DNA from: an uncultured Eubacteriales bacterium
GTDB lineage: Bacteria > Bacillota_I > Bacilli_A > RFN20 > JAISJY01
Assembly (NCBI GenBank): GCA_964646425.1
Contig: CAZYEI010000003.1
Span: forward strand, 8,974-72,802
Direction of reading: 5' to 3'
DNA length: 63,829 nucleotides
In this document: in pieces, positions 61,536 through 63,829 of the stretch
Layout: each line of letters begins with the position of its first letter
Position numbering within the stretch: the first letter of the stretch is position 1
Notes under the pieces: generated by a model
Told to the model about the DNA's origin: nothing
Database searches by the model: none
What the model saw: the letters and a program-made list of their open reading frames with translations, nothing else
Made by a program: the position numbers and the translations under genes

Positions 61536-62999
61536 ATGACTAAAAGGACAACAATATTATTAATTTTAGCAGGATTAATGACATCATGTGGCGTAAATAG
61601 TGGTTATTATGGTGGTTATAATAATGCTGGTGGAGTAATTGAAAGAACATATAATGAGGAATATGTCGATATTAATGAACGAGGATTTATAGACCCGACA
61701 CTTAATCCTTTATCAAATTTTTCACTTGATTCATCATCTTATGCTTATTCAAATATTCGCCGATTAATTAGAAATAACGAATATATTAGTAAAGATGCTG
61801 TGGTAATAGAACAAATGCTTAATTATTTTGAATATTCATATAAGAATGATACTGATGAGGCATTAGCAATCACAATTGAATTAGCAAATTGTCCATGGAA
61901 TGATGAGCATTATTTAGCTGCGATAAGTGTTAATGCTAAAGATATAGAATTAAATGAAACAAAGAATAATTTAGTTTTTCTAATTGATACTTCTGGTTCT
62001 ATGGGGGATTCAAATAAATTAGGATTATTTCAAGAATCATTTAAATTGTTAGCAAATTCTCTTGATGAAGATGATACAATTTCAATTGTTACTTATGCAA
62101 GTGGAGTAAAAGTAATAGCTGATGGCATTAAAGGAAACGAAAAAATTTCGTTAGTTAATGCGATTGATGAATTAGTAGCATATGGGGGAACTAATGGTAG
62201 CGGAGGAATTGAAAAAGCGTATAAAATTGCTCAAAAACATTTTATTGCTAATGGCAATAATCGAATTATATTAGCGACAGATGGAGACTTTAATATTGGT
62301 ATTTCTAATCAAAATGAACTTAATGATTTCATTTCTAATAAAAGAGAAAGTGGCGTTTATTTATCGGTATTAGGATACGGATTTGGAAATGCAAAACATA
62401 ATACGATGGAAACATTAGCGAAAAATGGAAATGGCAACGCTTATTACATTGATTCACTTTTAGAGGCTAAGAAAGTATTTATAAATGAAATAGGTTCTAC
62501 TTTAAATACAATAGCAAAAGATAGTAAGATTCAAGTGGAATTTAATCCTAATATTGTTAATAAATATCGGTTATTAGGATACGAAAATAGTATGCTAAGT
62601 GATGAACAATTTGAAGATGAAAATACTGATGCTGGAGAAATCGGAGCTGGTCATACGACAATTGCTATGTATGAAATTGAATTAAAAGAAGATTATTCAG
62701 TAACAGAATATATCCTTAAGACTAAATTAAGATATAAAGAACCAAGCAATGATGAACAAAAAGAAATTGTTGATGAAATAACGCAAATTAAGGAAATACC
62801 AAGTATGGATTTTATGTTTGCTGCTTGCGTTGTTGAATTTGGATTGATTTTAAGAGAGTCTAATTATAAAGGAAATTCAAGTTATAATCATTTAATGCTT
62901 CAATTAAATAGTTTAAATTTAGAAAATGATCCTTATAAAAATGAATTTAAACTTTTGGTAGAAACAGCAAAAAGAAATAGTGAATTAAATAAGGATTAG
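61536..62999 (+). CDS. YfbK-like von Willebrand A lipoprotein
   Basis: LMTSC lipobox, DSSSY, E.MLNYF.Y.Y, LIDTSGSM MIDAS, LATDGDFN.G, YRL.GYEN, DAGEIGAGH. Confidence 0.88.
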   Translation: MTKRTTILLILAGLMTSCGVNSGYYGGYNNAGGVIERTYNEEYVDINERGFIDPTLNPLSNFSLDSSSYAYSNIRRLIRNNEYISKDAVVIEQMLNYFEYSYKNDTDEALAITIELANCPWNDEHYLAAISVNAKDIELNETKNNLVFLIDTSGSMGDSNKLGLFQESFKLLANSLDEDDTISIVTYASGVKVIADGIKGNEKISLVNAIDELVAYGGTNGSGGIEKAYKIAQKHFIANGNNRIILATDGDFNIGISNQNELNDFISNKRESGVYLSVLGYGFGNAKHNTMETLAKNGNGNAYYIDSLLEAKKVFINEIGSTLNTIAKDSKIQVEFNPNIVNKYRLLGYENSMLSDEQFEDENTDAGEIGAGHTTIAMYEIELKEDYSVTEYILKTKLRYKEPSNDEQKEIVDEITQIKEIPSMDFMFAACVVEFGLILRESNYKGNSSYNHLMLQLNSLNLENDPYKNEFKLLVETAKRNSELNKD

Positions 63000-63093
63000 A
63001 CTAATTTATCTAAAAATATTGGATTTTGACTAATGAAAAAAATATTATGTAGTATAATTTTTTATATCACATATTTTTAAGGGGAGTTTAAGC

Positions 63094-63603
63094 ATGGAAA
63101 ACAATTTTTCAATTGAGGAAATAAAGAATAGTGTTGAATATCAATGGAGAAAAGGTAACATTAATCAATATTTAATAATTTGGTTAATAGTGTCTATAGT
63201 TACTTTAATAGTTCCACTTATAGAAATTACAATTAATTTAGAATTTGTTTGGATGGGTTTTTTAATGTGGCTTATTTGGAGCTTTTTTATGGGATTATTA
63301 TTTGGAAGTTTGGCATTTTTTGAATATCGAAAAAATCAATATTTATTAAAAAACTATAAAAATTTTAGTATTTATGAAGTTTTATTAGATAATTTTGCTA
63401 CATCAATTGGATATAAAAGCTGTGTTTATTATAAGGTTAAAATTGATGTTTTTGGTTGTATGAAAATCGTTGATACAAATCCTTATTTTTCTGATTCTAT
63501 ATTTTCTAAATTTTCTCCAGAAGACTATAATAATAAAAAAGTAATTGGCTTATATGATGAATATAAGAATAAATTTTATATAATTAAGTTAAAGAACGGA
63601 TAG
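63094..63603 (+). CDS. Hypothetical 2-TM membrane protein
   Basis: 169 aa, SD AGGGGAG. Confidence 0.65.
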   Translation: MENNFSIEEIKNSVEYQWRKGNINQYLIIWLIVSIVTLIVPLIEITINLEFVWMGFLMWLIWSFFMGLLFGSLAFFEYRKNQYLLKNYKNFSIYEVLLDNFATSIGYKSCVYYKVKIDVFGCMKIVDTNPYFSDSIFSKFSPEDYNNKKVIGLYDEYKNKFYIIKLKNG

Positions 63604-63623
63604 TAGAAATTAATGATTTTTCC

Positions 63624-63713
63624 TTGCAAAAAAATTATTTTTTGGTAAAATATTAGTTGCATAACGAGTAGCTTAAAAGGGCGTAAATCCAGTTTGGGGA
63701 TTACGCCCTTTTT
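63624..63713 (+). promoter_or_regulatory. Promoter plus leader terminator (attenuator) upstream of MATE gene
   Basis: TTGCAA-16 nt-TAAAAT with TGn extension; hairpin AAAAGGGCGTAA.../...TTACGCCCTTTT (63675-63712) before the SD. Confidence 0.65.
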
Positions 63714-63732
63714 ATTATGTAGGAGGGGTAAA

Positions 63733-63829
63733 ATGAAAGAAAAAGAACAAAATAAAATGGCGATTATTCCGATAAATAAATTATTTTGGAAAATGGGATT
63801 ACCTATGATTATATCAATGGTACTTCAAG
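63733..63829 (+). CDS. MATE-family efflux transporter, N-terminus only (truncated by window end)
   Basis: MKEKEQNKMAIIPINKLFWKMGLPMIISMVLQ after AGGAGG. Confidence 0.75.
   Translation, partial: MKEKEQNKMAIIPINKLFWKMGLPMIISMVLQ

Overview
Very AT-rich chromosomal window (GC roughly mid-20s %, estimated by eye) from a Bacillota/Bacilli organism using the standard genetic code. Most genes lie on the + strand. It holds a Bacillus-type endospore gene set: spoVIF, spoIVA, spoVT-yabO-yabP-yabQ-divIC-spoIIE, a divergent spoIIR-like gene, cotE, dacB-spmA-spmB and soj-spo0J, several with recognisable sigE, sigF or sigK promoter motifs. Housekeeping genes are prfA-prmC, tilS-hpt-ftsH-hslO, rsmG and rluB. 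A clustered gdhA/glmU/glmM/glmS hexosamine module sits beside a ~19 kb Wzx/Wzy polysaccharide locus with rmlA/C/B and a Tll-like reductase instead of rmlD, ugd, a uronate epimerase, a TupA-like ATP-grasp enzyme and cpsD/C/B. Other genes include yfhO, a GH20 hydrolase, a two-component pair and an XRE-lipoprotein-VWA operon. No rRNA, tRNA, CRISPR array or transposase was seen. The strongest unexplained signals are non-coding. (1) A 10-bp-phased Spo0A-box array forms a spoIIE/spoIIG-style promoter in front of a structured RNA with a C-rich anti-SD loop (7313-7478). (2) A perfect sigA promoter drives a ~51-nt terminated RNA that is convergent with, and complementary to, a hydrophobic-peptide mRNA, resembling a type I toxin-antitoxin locus (34996-35252). 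All family assignments are by motif recognition; no database search was run.
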